Assembly: GCA_963666115.2 (NCBI GenBank) | Contig: CAXXET010000007.1 | Span: 128,001 to 192,000, forward strand | DNA from: Dehalococcoidia bacterium | GTDB lineage: Bacteria > Chloroflexota > Dehalococcoidia > UBA6926 | Direction of reading: 5' to 3' | DNA: 64,000 nucleotides | In this document: one piece after another, positions 9,179 through 19,589 of the stretch | Layout: each line of letters starts with the position of its first letter | Numbering within the stretch: the first letter of the stretch is position 1 | The notes under the pieces: generated by a model | What the model saw: only the letters and a program-made list of their open reading frames with translations | The model's database searches: none | What the model was told of the DNA's origin: nothing | Position numbers and translations under genes: made by a program

Positions 9179-9538
9179 ATGGGCGCCTTCGAAGTACGAA
9201 TGACCGTTTCCGATCCCTCCGGCGAAAACCCGCGAGAGGTCGACGCTCTCGTGGACACCGGATCGCGGCGCACCATGCTGCCTGGCGATATGCTGCACCG
9301 GATGCAAACGCCCGTTAAATGGCGGCGGCAATTCGAGATGGCGGATGGCCGCGTCGTCGAGATGGACATGGGAGAAGCGCGCGTTGCGGTCAACGGCCTC
9401 GACACCGTAACCCAGGTCATCTTCGGCCCGGACGGCTGCCAGCCGCTGCTAGGCGCGATAACCATGCAGGAACTGGACCTGATTGTCGATGTCCCCAACG
9501 AACGACTAAGGCACGACGCAGGGCCGTTTCATCTCTAG
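9179..9538 (+). CDS. Clan AA retropepsin-like aspartyl protease
   Basis: VDALVDTGS, MADGR and PLLGAITMQEL motifs. Confidence 0.88.
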   Translation: MGAFEVRMTVSDPSGENPREVDALVDTGSRRTMLPGDMLHRMQTPVKWRRQFEMADGRVVEMDMGEARVAVNGLDTVTQVIFGPDGCQPLLGAITMQELDLIVDVPNERLRHDAGPFHL

Positions 9539-9553
9539 GGGCGCTCAGACCCC

Positions 9554-9985
9554 CTAAAGAATGATATCGATGACGTTGCTTCCCCCGACAGCATTCCTGA
9601 GCGTGGGTCCGAGGAGTTGCAACAGGTGAACGTCAACCCCCTGCCCCTGCAAGTCGCTGATCAAGCCTGAATAGCCGGTATCTCCGCTGATGAGGACGAA
9701 AACTGTTTCCTCCGGGTTTTGTCCGCACACGCTCTTGGCTTCGGCAATGAGCTTGTCATCCACGTTGTCGTCGATCGGTCGAGCCCGCCACCCAAGCTTG
9801 CTAAGTTCTTCGAGTGCCGCAGACTGATTCGTCCCGCCGAAAGCCTTGAACGTCTCAACCAATTCCCCTCCAAAGTGCCCTTGCAGCGCAGCCCTCATCC
9901 TGCGGCTCACGTCCTGAACACTCTTGGCGGCAACGCCCACGTTCTGGAAATCCCAAAAAACGAGCAACCGCGTCCGATTGGTCAT
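9554..9985 (-). CDS. NYN domain protein (PIN-like RNase fold)
   Basis: VFWDFQN, VDDKL, LISGDTGY..GVDV. Confidence 0.85.
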   Translation of the reverse strand: MTNRTRLLVFWDFQNVGVAAKSVQDVSRRMRAALQGHFGGELVETFKAFGGTNQSAALEELSKLGWRARPIDDNVDDKLIAEAKSVCGQNPEETVFVLISGDTGYSGLISDLQGQGVDVHLLQLLGPTLRNAVGGSNVIDIIL

Positions 9986-10048
9986 TGAGTCGCCTCCTTC
10001 AAGAAATGCCAGGGAACAGTTTATCGCTCGGCTGCGTGGAGTGCATGA

Positions 10049-10789
10049 TCAGAATGACCCTCGTATGTCAGGCCTGTCAGAAACAAGCCGCGTCATCGCA
10101 GCCAGCGCATCTGTGACTTGTGCGTATGAGGAGAGAATCATTTCCCCTTGATTCGTCTTGAGCAGGACTTCAACCTCGTTGACCCTGCTGCCAATCGTAT
10201 TGACGTCAGTGTCCAGGACTTGGGCCACTTCCTGTTGCAGTTGTTCGGCGATCTCAACGACACATTCTTGCCGTATCTCAGATAGCGCGTCATCGCCCAG
10301 GCTCTCGAATATGACCAGGGAAGATGAGGCAGTAGGCTCAGCGGCATTTTCCGGCCAGTCGAACTCCACACCGTGTCCTCTCAGCACAGATGCCATGTGT
10401 TCAAAGGGAACATGAAACAACTCGACACCGAAACTCCGCATGAGGGCTTGGGACGGCGCGGACCACCTGCCTGCGAGAACGGCTATCGACTTGCGGATTG
10501 TGGGGTGGGACTTCCGCAGGTTGTAATGAGCGACACACAACCAGCTGCCCTTGTCCCTGTTGTGTTTCGTATACCTGATGTACTTGGGGTCAATCATGAT
10601 CACCGGCCGGTCATCACTGTCGAAGACCACGGCGTCGATCTGGTAATCGTTGCCCGTCCCGTTCCTGAGTCTCTCCGGGCGGATGCTGTACCCGCGAGCC
10701 TCTACGATCGGGCGCAGGGTTTCGCGGACAGCCTCCTCGAAGAGCTTGCCCACGGCTTCACCAAGAGCGCTGGCAGCATTTCTAGGCAT
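10049..10789 (-). CDS. Putative type II restriction endonuclease (PD-(D/E)xK)
   Basis: GKLFEE..YQIDAVV..MIDPKYIRYTKHNRDKGS; directly downstream of the methyltransferase. Confidence 0.7.
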   Translation of the reverse strand: MPRNAASALGEAVGKLFEEAVRETLRPIVEARGYSIRPERLRNGTGNDYQIDAVVFDSDDRPVIMIDPKYIRYTKHNRDKGSWLCVAHYNLRKSHPTIRKSIAVLAGRWSAPSQALMRSFGVELFHVPFEHMASVLRGHGVEFDWPENAAEPTASSSLVIFESLGDDALSEIRQECVVEIAEQLQQEVAQVLDTDVNTIGSRVNEVEVLLKTNQGEMILSSYAQVTDALAAMTRLVSDRPDIRGSF

Positions 10790-10801
10790 CTAGGAGTTTC
10801 T

Positions 10802-12215
10802 TTACTTCGTTAGCGTGAGCACGCTCTCTCGCAGCGGAACCTTGTGCCGCTGGGGGTTGTGCCCCCACTTGCCGCCGCGAGTACGCAACTCTTCGACATC
10901 GTATGACGTAAAGCCGCTGGCCAACCCCAGCCGCCCAAGTATGTGCTCGGTGGCTACATGCACCCCGTATGGCGCCGAATCGCCGACGACCAGGACAAAG
11001 CGTCCGCCCGGTTTGAGCGCTCGTTCCGTGCTCTGCATAACACGAAGCATGTCCTCGAAGTAACCGGCAACCACATAATCGTAGGTTTTCTTGCCGCTCT
11101 TCACGGCCCGCATGTCAGCCAGGCGGCTGATGATGTCAGCCAGATCAGCGTGAACGTCGGGGGCCGCGGCGCGAATGCCCGGGCATTCACGCACACCATT
11201 CATTGCCGACATCGAAACTTGCGTTGTCGCCGCCATGACGAGGTGGTCCCGGATCTCACGCGTGATGTCCGCCCACGACGACATCTCACCCCAGAAATAC
11301 GTCTCCAGGCGCGTGCGGTCCGCGTAATCGTAGTTATTCAAATAGGGTGGTGACGTAACGACCAAATCCAGAACCTCTTCACCCGTATAGTCGCCAAATT
11401 GACGGGCATCGCCAAGCAGGACCTGGTGCGACGAAAAGGGCAACCCAAATCCCTGTACCACCTGCAGGTCGTCGAGCATCTTGTGGCATTGAATCTGAAA
11501 CTCGCTGAGCGCCTGCCGTTCCACCTTGCGTTCCGCGTACTTGCTCGGCGCGATGTACGGCCACCCGGCGCCCGCAGTCGTAACGACTCTCAATGTTGTG
11601 GTCAGCGCGAGCTTGAGAAAGTCCCGCGACTCCTCTGCCATATCAGTGTGTCCGATAACCTGCCTCAGCGCGGCGAGTTCCTGCAAATTACCCTGGCTGA
11701 AGCACTTGTAGATAAGCGCCGGCCAGATGCCCTCGTAGTCAGTCTTCCTCATGGCATCGCGGGCCCGGTCGAGTGTTTCTGCAACCAGCTTGGCAAGCCC
11801 GGCAAGGTCGTGATTGAGAAAGAGTTTCGTTCGTGCCACCCAGTGCACGAATCTGTGAGCCTCTACGCCAACCGAGTGGACGCCAAGCATACGTGCTGCG
11901 AGCGAGGTCGTGCCTGTGCCCAGGAATGGGTCGCCAACTGCATCTCCGGCGCCGATGCCATACTGGCTGATCTTTTGCCTCAACGAATTTGTGGGAGTAG
12001 CCTGCCGGATATGTGAACCAGCGGTGTATCGGAGCCTTTAGGCTGTCCTTGAAAGAACCGTAATCGCGGGTGTTGGCGGCCTCATCACTTGAGCCGGAGT
12101 TCGGGGCGGGGGCCGGCGCTCCTCGGGTGTAGATGGCCAGTGACTGTTGATCTCTTACCGCAACGGCATCGTCTCCGTTCGTAGCCAGGCCCCGAGACAC
12201 GCCGGTTGCAGTCAT
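10802..12215 (-). CDS. DNA N4-C/N6-A methyltransferase, frameshifted near 11973-11976
   Basis: PIHRWFTYPAGYS is in one frame; DPFLGTGTT and VTSPPYLNNYDY are in another. Removing one A from GCAAAAG joins them (EAKISQYG). Confidence 0.88.
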
Positions 12216-12315
12216 TATCGCCCTCACTCAGTACAAATGTGCCGACAGTGTATCACGAAAACACGCCGCGCTCACCCCGTAGGGTGAGCGCGGCATCTTG
12301 GCTCAACTTTCCGCT

Positions 12316-13457
12316 CTACCGCAAATTCCCCTGCAACTCCTCGATCGTCTCCTCCGCGTCGTTCACCATCTCCATCAAAATCGTCCGCGCCGGCTTCCGC
12401 TCCTTCAGCATCCCGCCGATCTGCCCGGACGGATTCCCGATCAGATCGAGCCTGCCCGCCTTGCGCGCCGCTTTCGTGAACGGCTCCTGGATCAGGCCCT
12501 GCAGCGGCATCGGCAGCGCCTCCAGACCGGAGGCCGCCCACTTCAGCTTCACCGCGTTCTGGTACGCCCGCTGCTGCTTGCCGGACGAGAACTTGCTCGT
12601 CGTGAACTCATCCGAGCGCGCCCCCAGGATCTGGTCCTTGTGCGCGTCCGGGATGTTGTTCTCTTCCGCCACCAGGAAAGCCGTGCCGACCCAGCAGCCC
12701 TGCGCCCCAAGCGCCCGCCATACGCCGCCGCACGTGCCGCCCGGTCCCGATGCCGCCCCGCCGCAAGCACGGGCCGCGGGGACACCTCGTCCACTACCTG
12801 CGGCACCAGCACGAACGTGGAGATGTTTGCCCGTGTGGCCGCCCGCCTCCCGTGCCCTGCGCCGTGATGATGTCCACGTCCGCGGCAAACCTGCCGCTGC
12901 GCGTGGCGCACCGCGCCCGTCATGCCGATCAGCTTCATCCCCTGCGCGTGCGCCTGCTGCGCGAACCACTCCGGCGGCTCGCCCGTCGCTGCGGCGAACA
13001 GCGGCACCTTGTTGTCCAGGACGATCTCAAACTTCTTGCGCAGCAACTCCGTGGACATCGGCGGCTGCTCAGAGACTTCCTCCGCCTCGAACCCATATTC
13101 CTCAATGAGTTCCTGCACGAGCGCCACGTGCTGCGGGTACTGCGGCGCAACCTGCGCATACAGCTCCCGGTTGCTCGTCGCCGTCACCTCGGCTCGCGTT
13201 GCCGGAACCAGGAAGTCCACCCCGTACGGCTTGTCGCCCACGAGCGACTTCAGCCGGCGGATGCCCTCGTCCATCTCATCGAGATTGCGGAAATTGTCGC
13301 CCAGCACCCCAAGCGCCCCGGCGTTCGTGATCGCCGCCACCATCTCAACCGGTGTCGGCGCAAGGTCCTGGCTGCCGCCCACGGCCATGCCAGCCAGCAG
13401 TATCGGGTACTCCATGCCGAGCGTGTCGCACAGCGGTGTGTGTAGCCTGTTTGCCAT
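12316..13457 (-). CDS. Nitronate monooxygenase/FabK family flavoprotein, several frameshifts at about 12700-12900
   Basis: YPILLAGM, EAGGHTG, LAAG, GAQGCWVGTAF and PSGQIGGML are spread over different frames. Paralog of the adjacent intact gene. Confidence 0.85.
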
Positions 13458-13473
13458 TGTGTCCTCCTATCCT

Positions 13474-14604
13474 CTAGCGCAGGTTGCCCTGCATCCGCTC
13501 GATGGTCTCCTCCGCCTCATTCACCATGTCCATCAGGATGTCGCGCGCCGGCCGCCGGGCCTTGAGCATCCCGCCCACCTGCCCCGCGCTCGCCGCGTCG
13601 ATGTCCAGCCGACCCGCCTGCCGCGCGCCCGCGTACAGCGGCTCCATCAGGATGCCCTGCAGCGGCATCGGCAGCGGCTCGATCCCGGACGCGGCCCACG
13701 CCTCCTTGACCGGCGTCTTGTAGCTGCGCGACTGCTTGCCGGTGTTGTACCTGGTCAGCGTGAAATCCTCTGACCGCGCCCCGACGATCTGCTCCTGGTG
13801 CTCCAGCGGAATCGCGTTCTCCTCCGCGACCAGGAACGCCGAGCCGATCCACACGCCCTGCGCGCCAAGCGCCATCGCGGCGGCAATCTGCCTGCCCGAC
13901 CCGACTCCGCCCGCCGCGAGCACGGGCGTATCCCCCATCGTATCCGCCACCTGCGGCACCAGCGGGAACGTCGCGATGTTGCCCGTGTGGCCGCCCGCCT
14001 CCGTGCCCTGCGCGATGACGAAATCCACGCCTGCGGCCTTCTGCCGCTGCGCGTGCCGCACCGCGCCGACAACCCCGCCAACCTTCATCCCGTGCGCGCG
14101 CGCCACGTCCATGATCATCGCGGGATCGCCCAGACCGGCGACGAAGATCGGCACGTTGTGATCCGCCACGACCTCGAACTGGCGGCGCAGCAAATCCGGC
14201 GACATCGCCTCCGCATCGTCATCGGCCAGCGCGACGTCCGGCAGGTTGTGCTCCTGGATCAACTCCTTGACGAAGCCGACGTGCTGCGGGTGCTCGCGTT
14301 CCAGCCGCTCCCGCACCATCGCCTTGGTGTCCTGCGCCCCCATCTCCGCCATCGTGGCAGGCAGCAGCAGGTCGATGCCCAAAGGCCCGCTCGAAAGCTG
14401 CTTGAACTCACGGATGCACCGGTCGATCGTGTCCGGCTTGCGGCTGCCGCATCCCATCACGCCCAGTCCGCCTGCCTCCGTGACGGCGGCGGCAAGCCGC
14501 GGCGGGCTGGGCATCCGGTCGTCCATCCCAAGCGACATCCCGGCCAGCAGAATCGGGTACTTGATTCCGAGCAAATCCGTTAACGGTGTCGTCAGACGAT
14601 CCAT
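13474..14604 (-). CDS. Nitronate monooxygenase/FabK family flavoprotein
   Basis: YPILLAGM, AQGTEAGGHTG, LAAGGVGSG, GVWIGSAF. Confidence 0.92.
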   Translation of the reverse strand: MDRLTTPLTDLLGIKYPILLAGMSLGMDDRMPSPPRLAAAVTEAGGLGVMGCGSRKPDTIDRCIREFKQLSSGPLGIDLLLPATMAEMGAQDTKAMVRERLEREHPQHVGFVKELIQEHNLPDVALADDDAEAMSPDLLRRQFEVVADHNVPIFVAGLGDPAMIMDVARAHGMKVGGVVGAVRHAQRQKAAGVDFVIAQGTEAGGHTGNIATFPLVPQVADTMGDTPVLAAGGVGSGRQIAAAMALGAQGVWIGSAFLVAEENAIPLEHQEQIVGARSEDFTLTRYNTGKQSRSYKTPVKEAWAASGIEPLPMPLQGILMEPLYAGARQAGRLDIDAASAGQVGGMLKARRPARDILMDMVNEAEETIERMQGNLR

Positions 14605-14773
14605 CGTCTCATCCCCTCTCCCCAGTTCACCACACCACGCGCGCCGCATCCCAACGCGCCGCGCCTGTCACCAATCCACGCGAACGGTGACGGCTTATGG
14701 TAAACCCGCCATGCCCTCCCCGCAAGCGCGAGGCAGGACACGGCGGGTCAGCAGACAGGAGAAGGGCGTTCGA

Positions 14774-16226
14774 TTAGACGACGCTGGCGCGCTGCTGGCG
14801 GCCCACGTACCCCACCACAACCACCTTGCGCTCCTCATCCCATGTGAAGGCGACCCGGATCTGCCCGGGCGTTGCGCCCTGTGCCGCGCCCGATGTGCTC
14901 CTCCAGCGTGTACGTCTTTCCGTCGTCGTTCGTCTGGTAATCGGAGCGGTGCCTGCCGGGCGCGCCGTCAAGCTGCACGGGGCGGTAGCGCCAGCCGCAC
15001 GTCGTGAACAGCGACACGTCCAGGTTCCCCACGGGCTTCTCGCCCGTCCGCGAATTGCGGTACGTCGTCGCCAGCCACTCCAGCGCGCTGTACACCTGGT
15101 TCGGCTGGTCGAAGTACATCTTGTGCTCGGAACCGCTGTTCAGTGCGAGCCGCAGCTCGTCCGGCCACCGGTTCTCGACGAACTCCAGCACCGACGCCAC
15201 GTCGCCAAAGTCCGGCGGCGCGGCAAGCGTCTCCGCGATCTCCGGCTCCGGCGTGTCCTCCTCAACAACCTCGGCAACAGGTTCCTCAACCGCAACCGTC
15301 TCCGCCTCCTCCACCTCAACGATTTCGACGGCGGGCGGCGCGGCGGTTACCTCCGCCGCCGGCTCCTCAACCTCAACGGCGGCCGGGCCGTTGGATTCAG
15401 TCGCCTCATGGGTTGCCTTATGCTCGAGTATGAGCGCCTGGAAATATGCCTCTGTGGCCTGCGCGGCGCACCTAAGCTGCACATTCTCCCGTTGCAGCGC
15501 CTCCACCATCTCGCGCAGATACTGCTTCTCAGCCTCGTCAGCCGGGGACTCTTCATCGGATGGAATGATCTCCTCGATGATCGACTCCGCCTCGATAAGC
15601 GCCGCCGCTTCCTCCAACGCCTGCATCGCCAGCGCAATCTTGTCGCGCAGGTGGGAGCGGTCGTCCTGGGGCAGATCGACGGCGAGCGCTTGCGGCGCCG
15701 CCTCTACCTCCTCTTCGTGCTCCTCCTCAACGTCCGGCTCGTCCTCAATCTCCTGTAGCGATTCATGGAGAGTCAGCGCAATCATCAGGTTAACGTCGTC
15801 CGATGAATACTGCGGATGCGCCGACGCAAGCGTTGTCGATAGGTTCTCCCCGGGCGCGCCGAATGTGGAACCGCCGCTTTCGGCCACATCATCGACTGCC
15901 GCCTCCACGATTCCCCGCAGTTCAACCCGTGACTCGCGCCACACGGTCAGCACGGACTCGGCGATTGCATCGACAACAAGGGCCGCGTTTCGCACGGGCT
16001 GAATCAGCATGATGGCCGGCGCGTCCGGCACGTCCGACTCACGAAAGCCGCGAACGGACACGTGCCCGATCAGCGCGTTGTTCAGGGCAGCCCGCGCCTC
16101 TTCAGAAACGCGCGCCCTGTTGGCCAGCGCCCACCGCGCCACGTTTTTCTGGTGTTCCTCGTCCAAAGACTGGAAGATATCCGTGTGACCTGCCGCCCCG
16201 GTTTCCGGGCGCAATGCAACAACCAT
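14774..16226 (-). CDS. Acidic coiled-coil protein with C-terminal RelE-like domain; frameshift near 14865
   Basis: GGAGG RBS. The C-terminus LEEHIGRG.. continues as IRVAFTWDEERKVVVVGYVG in the shifted frame. Confidence 0.6.
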
Positions 16227-16385
16227 TCCCGTGTCCTCCTGTTTCCCACGCGCTTCCCTGCCGTCACCCTGACGGCTATTTAATGATAAACCAGCGGCGC
16301 AACGGCTTTCCTCACACAACCGGGGATCCTGGTTCTCCGGTTAGGATAGAGTCAAGGAATTACGCGCACCGAAAGGATCAAAACA

Positions 16386-17198
16386 GTGCCTACGTTTGGC
16401 GACCTGGAACGCGCCCTGCCAAGCCTCTATGAATACAGGTGGTTCATAGCAGTTGGCGCCATAGTGATCGGCGCCGCATTCGCCTGGCTCGTCGTGAGCA
16501 AAGAGTGGCATAGGTATGTGTGGGAGCATCGTGTGCCGTTCGCGATTGGCGGCGCGCCGGTTGTCCTTGTCGGGCTATTCCTGGCCTGGTCACTGGCGTC
16601 GCCGCTCTTCATCAACGTCACCGTCGAGGAGGAGTTCCCGTTCGCCGCGCAGGCCATCGTGCCCGAGGGCATGGAACGCGAGGACGTTGAGAGCGCAATG
16701 GCGAGCATGGCAATGGTGGACGATCCCGTGATGGTGGAGGACATGCCGCCCGGTTCATCGATGACTGCATCGTCCATGGTGATGGCGGGCACACCGGTCA
16801 TGGCCGTCGAGGCCGAAATGATGTCCGATATGGAACAACAAAGCGCGCCGGTCGCGCTAAAGGCCGGCAGTTTCCGCGATGCGGACAGCTTCCACAGGGG
16901 CAGCGGCGATGCGACGATCTATTCCGCGCCCGGGGGCGGTCTCTTGCTGCGGCTTGAGGACCTGAACGTCACCAACGGACCGGCTCTGCACGTCATCCTT
17001 TCTCCCCATCCGGATCCGATGCGCCCGTCGGACGTCAAGCAGCCCGGCTACGTGGACCTTGGCCCGCTCAAGGGTAATCGCGGCGATCAGAATTACATGA
17101 TTCCCGCCGGCGTGGACGCTTCCGCAATGGGCAGCGTCGTTATCTACTGCAAGCCGTTCTCCGTCGTCTTCAGCGTGGCCTCATTGAACGACTCATAG
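16386..17198 (+). CDS. DM13 domain membrane protein
   Basis: Two TM helices; GSFRDADSFHRGSG..VTNGPALHVILS..DLGPLKGNRGDQNY..VVIYCKPFSVVF. Confidence 0.9.
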   Translation: MPTFGDLERALPSLYEYRWFIAVGAIVIGAAFAWLVVSKEWHRYVWEHRVPFAIGGAPVVLVGLFLAWSLASPLFINVTVEEEFPFAAQAIVPEGMEREDVESAMASMAMVDDPVMVEDMPPGSSMTASSMVMAGTPVMAVEAEMMSDMEQQSAPVALKAGSFRDADSFHRGSGDATIYSAPGGGLLLRLEDLNVTNGPALHVILSPHPDPMRPSDVKQPGYVDLGPLKGNRGDQNYMIPAGVDASAMGSVVIYCKPFSVVFSVASLNDS

Positions 17199-17312
17199 CC
17201 CCTGGCCTCGACCAGGATTCTCTCCCTCTCTTGCATCGTCGTTAGGTTGCGATGCACATTAAAGGCGTCTTGCCCTTCGCGCCCGGAACCTCACGGGGAG
17301 GAACAAACCGAT

Positions 17313-19529
17313 ATGACGGAACGACTCGCCCGACTCAGCGCCCGCAGGCCCATCGTGACCATCCTCCTGTGGGTGGCGGTTGCCCTCCTTGGCGGAGCGC
17401 TCATCGCGCAGCTCCTGGACAGCGCATTGACGACGGAACTCAAGCTCGGCAGCGGATTTGAGTCCCAACGGGCGGAGCAGCTGCTCGAGGATCGGATGCG
17501 CGGGCCGAAACCGATCACGGAGATGGTCATCGTCCAGTCCGAAAGCCTCACCGTTGATGATCCCGCATTCCAGTCCCGCGTCACGTCGCTAACCGGACAG
17601 ATCCAGGAATTGGGCGATGACGTCATTGACGAGGTCCTGAACTTCTACGCGCTAAGCCAACAGAACCCCCTGCAGGCCGCTGTCCTCGTGTCTCAGGATC
17701 GCCGCACCACTTTGGTTCCTGTGATCATGACGGGCGACCTGCAGGAGGCGGAAGACAACGTCCATTATCTCCTTGACCTTGCGAAAGAAGAGAACGGCAA
17801 GGACGGATTCCGTGTCCTGACGGTCGGCGATGCTAGCATCTCCCTCGAACGCAACGAACTGTCCGAACAAGACCTGCAGCAGGGCGAACGAGTCGGTATT
17901 CCCGTCGCGCTGATTATCCTCGTGCTGCTCTTCGGCGCCGTCGTCGCCGCCCTTGTCCCCATTGGACTCTCGCTGATCTGTGTCATTGCAGCCTTGGGCC
18001 TCGCGGCGGTCATCGGACAGTTCTACGAGTTGGTCTTCTTTGTCCAGTTGATGATCATCATGATTGGCCTGGCCGTGGGCATCGACTACTCCCTCATCAT
18101 CATTTCGCGGTTCCGCGAAGAGTTGGAGAGAGGGCTGTCCGCCTTTGACGCGACGGTAAAGGCGGGTGAAACGGCGGGGCGGACCGTGTTGTTCAGCGGC
18201 GCAACCGTGGTCGTCGCCCTCTGCGGCATGTTCGTCGTCCCGTTCGGCTTCTTCCAGTCGCTCGCCATCGGCGCAATCCTCGTCGTCATCGTCGCCGTCG
18301 CCGCCAGCCTCACTCTCCTTCCGGCGGTCATTGCCCTCATGGGGCCCCGGGTCAACATGCTGTCCATCCCCAGGTTCGGGCGGTCTCAGCCGCGTGCGGA
18401 ACAGGAAAGCGGGGGCGGCTTCTGGGATCGAATCACCCACGTCGTCATGCGCAATCCCGTCCTAAGCATCGTGCTCGTCGGCGTTCCGATGGTCGTCGCC
18501 ACGTATTTCTATTTCGACATCGAGACCGGCCTGAACGGCGTGGACGTCTTCCCCGGAGAAGCGGAGACCCGCGAGGCGTTCTTCGTCATGGAGGAGAAGT
18601 TCTCATTCGGCCTGATCGACCCGACGGAGGTCGTCATTGACGGCGATCTCGCTGATCCAGGCGTCCAGGGCGCCGTGCAGCAGCTCCAGGCCGCGTTGCT
18701 GGCCGACCCCGCATTCCCGTTGCCCACGCTGCTCGAGCCGAACACCGCCAATGACCTGGGGCTCCTGCGCGTCGTCATTCCGGGCGAGCCTGCGAGCCAT
18801 TCCGCCGTCGATGCCGTGAATACCATCAGGGATACGCACATCCCCGCCGCGTTTGACGGCGTGGACGCGGAGGTGCTCGTTGGCGGCAATTCCGCTGTCG
18901 CGGCTGAGGTCTTTGACGTCGTTGCCCGCTACACCCCCATCGTCTTCGCCTTTGTGCTCGGTGTCAGCTTCCTGATCCTGATGGTGGTGTTCCGCTCGAT
19001 AGTGATCCCCATCAAGGCCGTCTTCATGAACCTGCTGTCCGTCGGCACGGCATACGGACTGCTCGTCCTGGTCTTCCAGAAGGGCTACGGCAGAGACCTG
19101 CTGGGATTCCAGGAGGCTGCCGTCATCGACGTTTGGATTCCCCTGTTCCTGTTCTCCATCCTGTTCGGCCTCTCGATGGACTACCACGTCTTCCTGCTGA
19201 GCCGTATCCGTGAGCGGTTCGACCAGACGGGCAACAACCTTGAAGCGGTGGCATTCGGACTGCGGGAGACCGCCGGCCTCATCACCGGCGCGGCCCTGAT
19301 CATGGTCGCCGTCTTTGGCGCATTCGCCTCCGGTCAAACGATCATCAACCAGCAGGTCGGCTTTGGCCTCGCGGTCGCCATCTTCCTCGACGCGACGCTG
19401 GTGCGTTCCGTCCTCGTGCCCGCGACCATGGAGCTGCTGGGAGCGCGCAACTGGTATCTGCCCGGCTGGCTAAGCTGGCTCCCGGACGTCCGCATCGAGC
19501 CTGCCGAAGAGCACGAGGCTCCCGCTTAA
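17313..19529 (+). CDS. MMPL family (RND) transporter
   Basis: GLAVGIDYSL..RFREE, AGRTVLFSG, FGLSMDYHVFLLSRIRE, LDATLVR. Confidence 0.95.
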   Translation: MTERLARLSARRPIVTILLWVAVALLGGALIAQLLDSALTTELKLGSGFESQRAEQLLEDRMRGPKPITEMVIVQSESLTVDDPAFQSRVTSLTGQIQELGDDVIDEVLNFYALSQQNPLQAAVLVSQDRRTTLVPVIMTGDLQEAEDNVHYLLDLAKEENGKDGFRVLTVGDASISLERNELSEQDLQQGERVGIPVALIILVLLFGAVVAALVPIGLSLICVIAALGLAAVIGQFYELVFFVQLMIIMIGLAVGIDYSLIIISRFREELERGLSAFDATVKAGETAGRTVLFSGATVVVALCGMFVVPFGFFQSLAIGAILVVIVAVAASLTLLPAVIALMGPRVNMLSIPRFGRSQPRAEQESGGGFWDRITHVVMRNPVLSIVLVGVPMVVATYFYFDIETGLNGVDVFPGEAETREAFFVMEEKFSFGLIDPTEVVIDGDLADPGVQGAVQQLQAALLADPAFPLPTLLEPNTANDLGLLRVVIPGEPASHSAVDAVNTIRDTHIPAAFDGVDAEVLVGGNSAVAAEVFDVVARYTPIVFAFVLGVSFLILMVVFRSIVIPIKAVFMNLLSVGTAYGLLVLVFQKGYGRDLLGFQEAAVIDVWIPLFLFSILFGLSMDYHVFLLSRIRERFDQTGNNLEAVAFGLRETAGLITGAALIMVAVFGAFASGQTIINQQVGFGLAVAIFLDATLVRSVLVPATMELLGARNWYLPGWLSWLPDVRIEPAEEHEAPA

Positions 19530-19537
19530 AGAAGAAT

Positions 19538-19566
19538 GGCGGCGCTCCCACGTTGGGAGCGCCGCC
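19538..19566. terminator. Bidirectional intrinsic terminator
   Basis: 13-bp perfect stem GGCGGCGCTCCCA/TGGGAGCGCCGCC between convergent genes. Confidence 0.75.
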
Positions 19567-19589
19567 CGATTCCATCGAAACGTGGCCGT

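Noticed and set aside
11973-11976. Phase variation or programmed frameshift in the methyltransferase
   Set aside because: A run of four A is too short for a contingency tract, and similar indels occur in unrelated genes.
6613-12215. tRNA-Leu-anchored integrative element or prophage
   Set aside because: No integrase, and no duplicated tRNA 3' end was seen.
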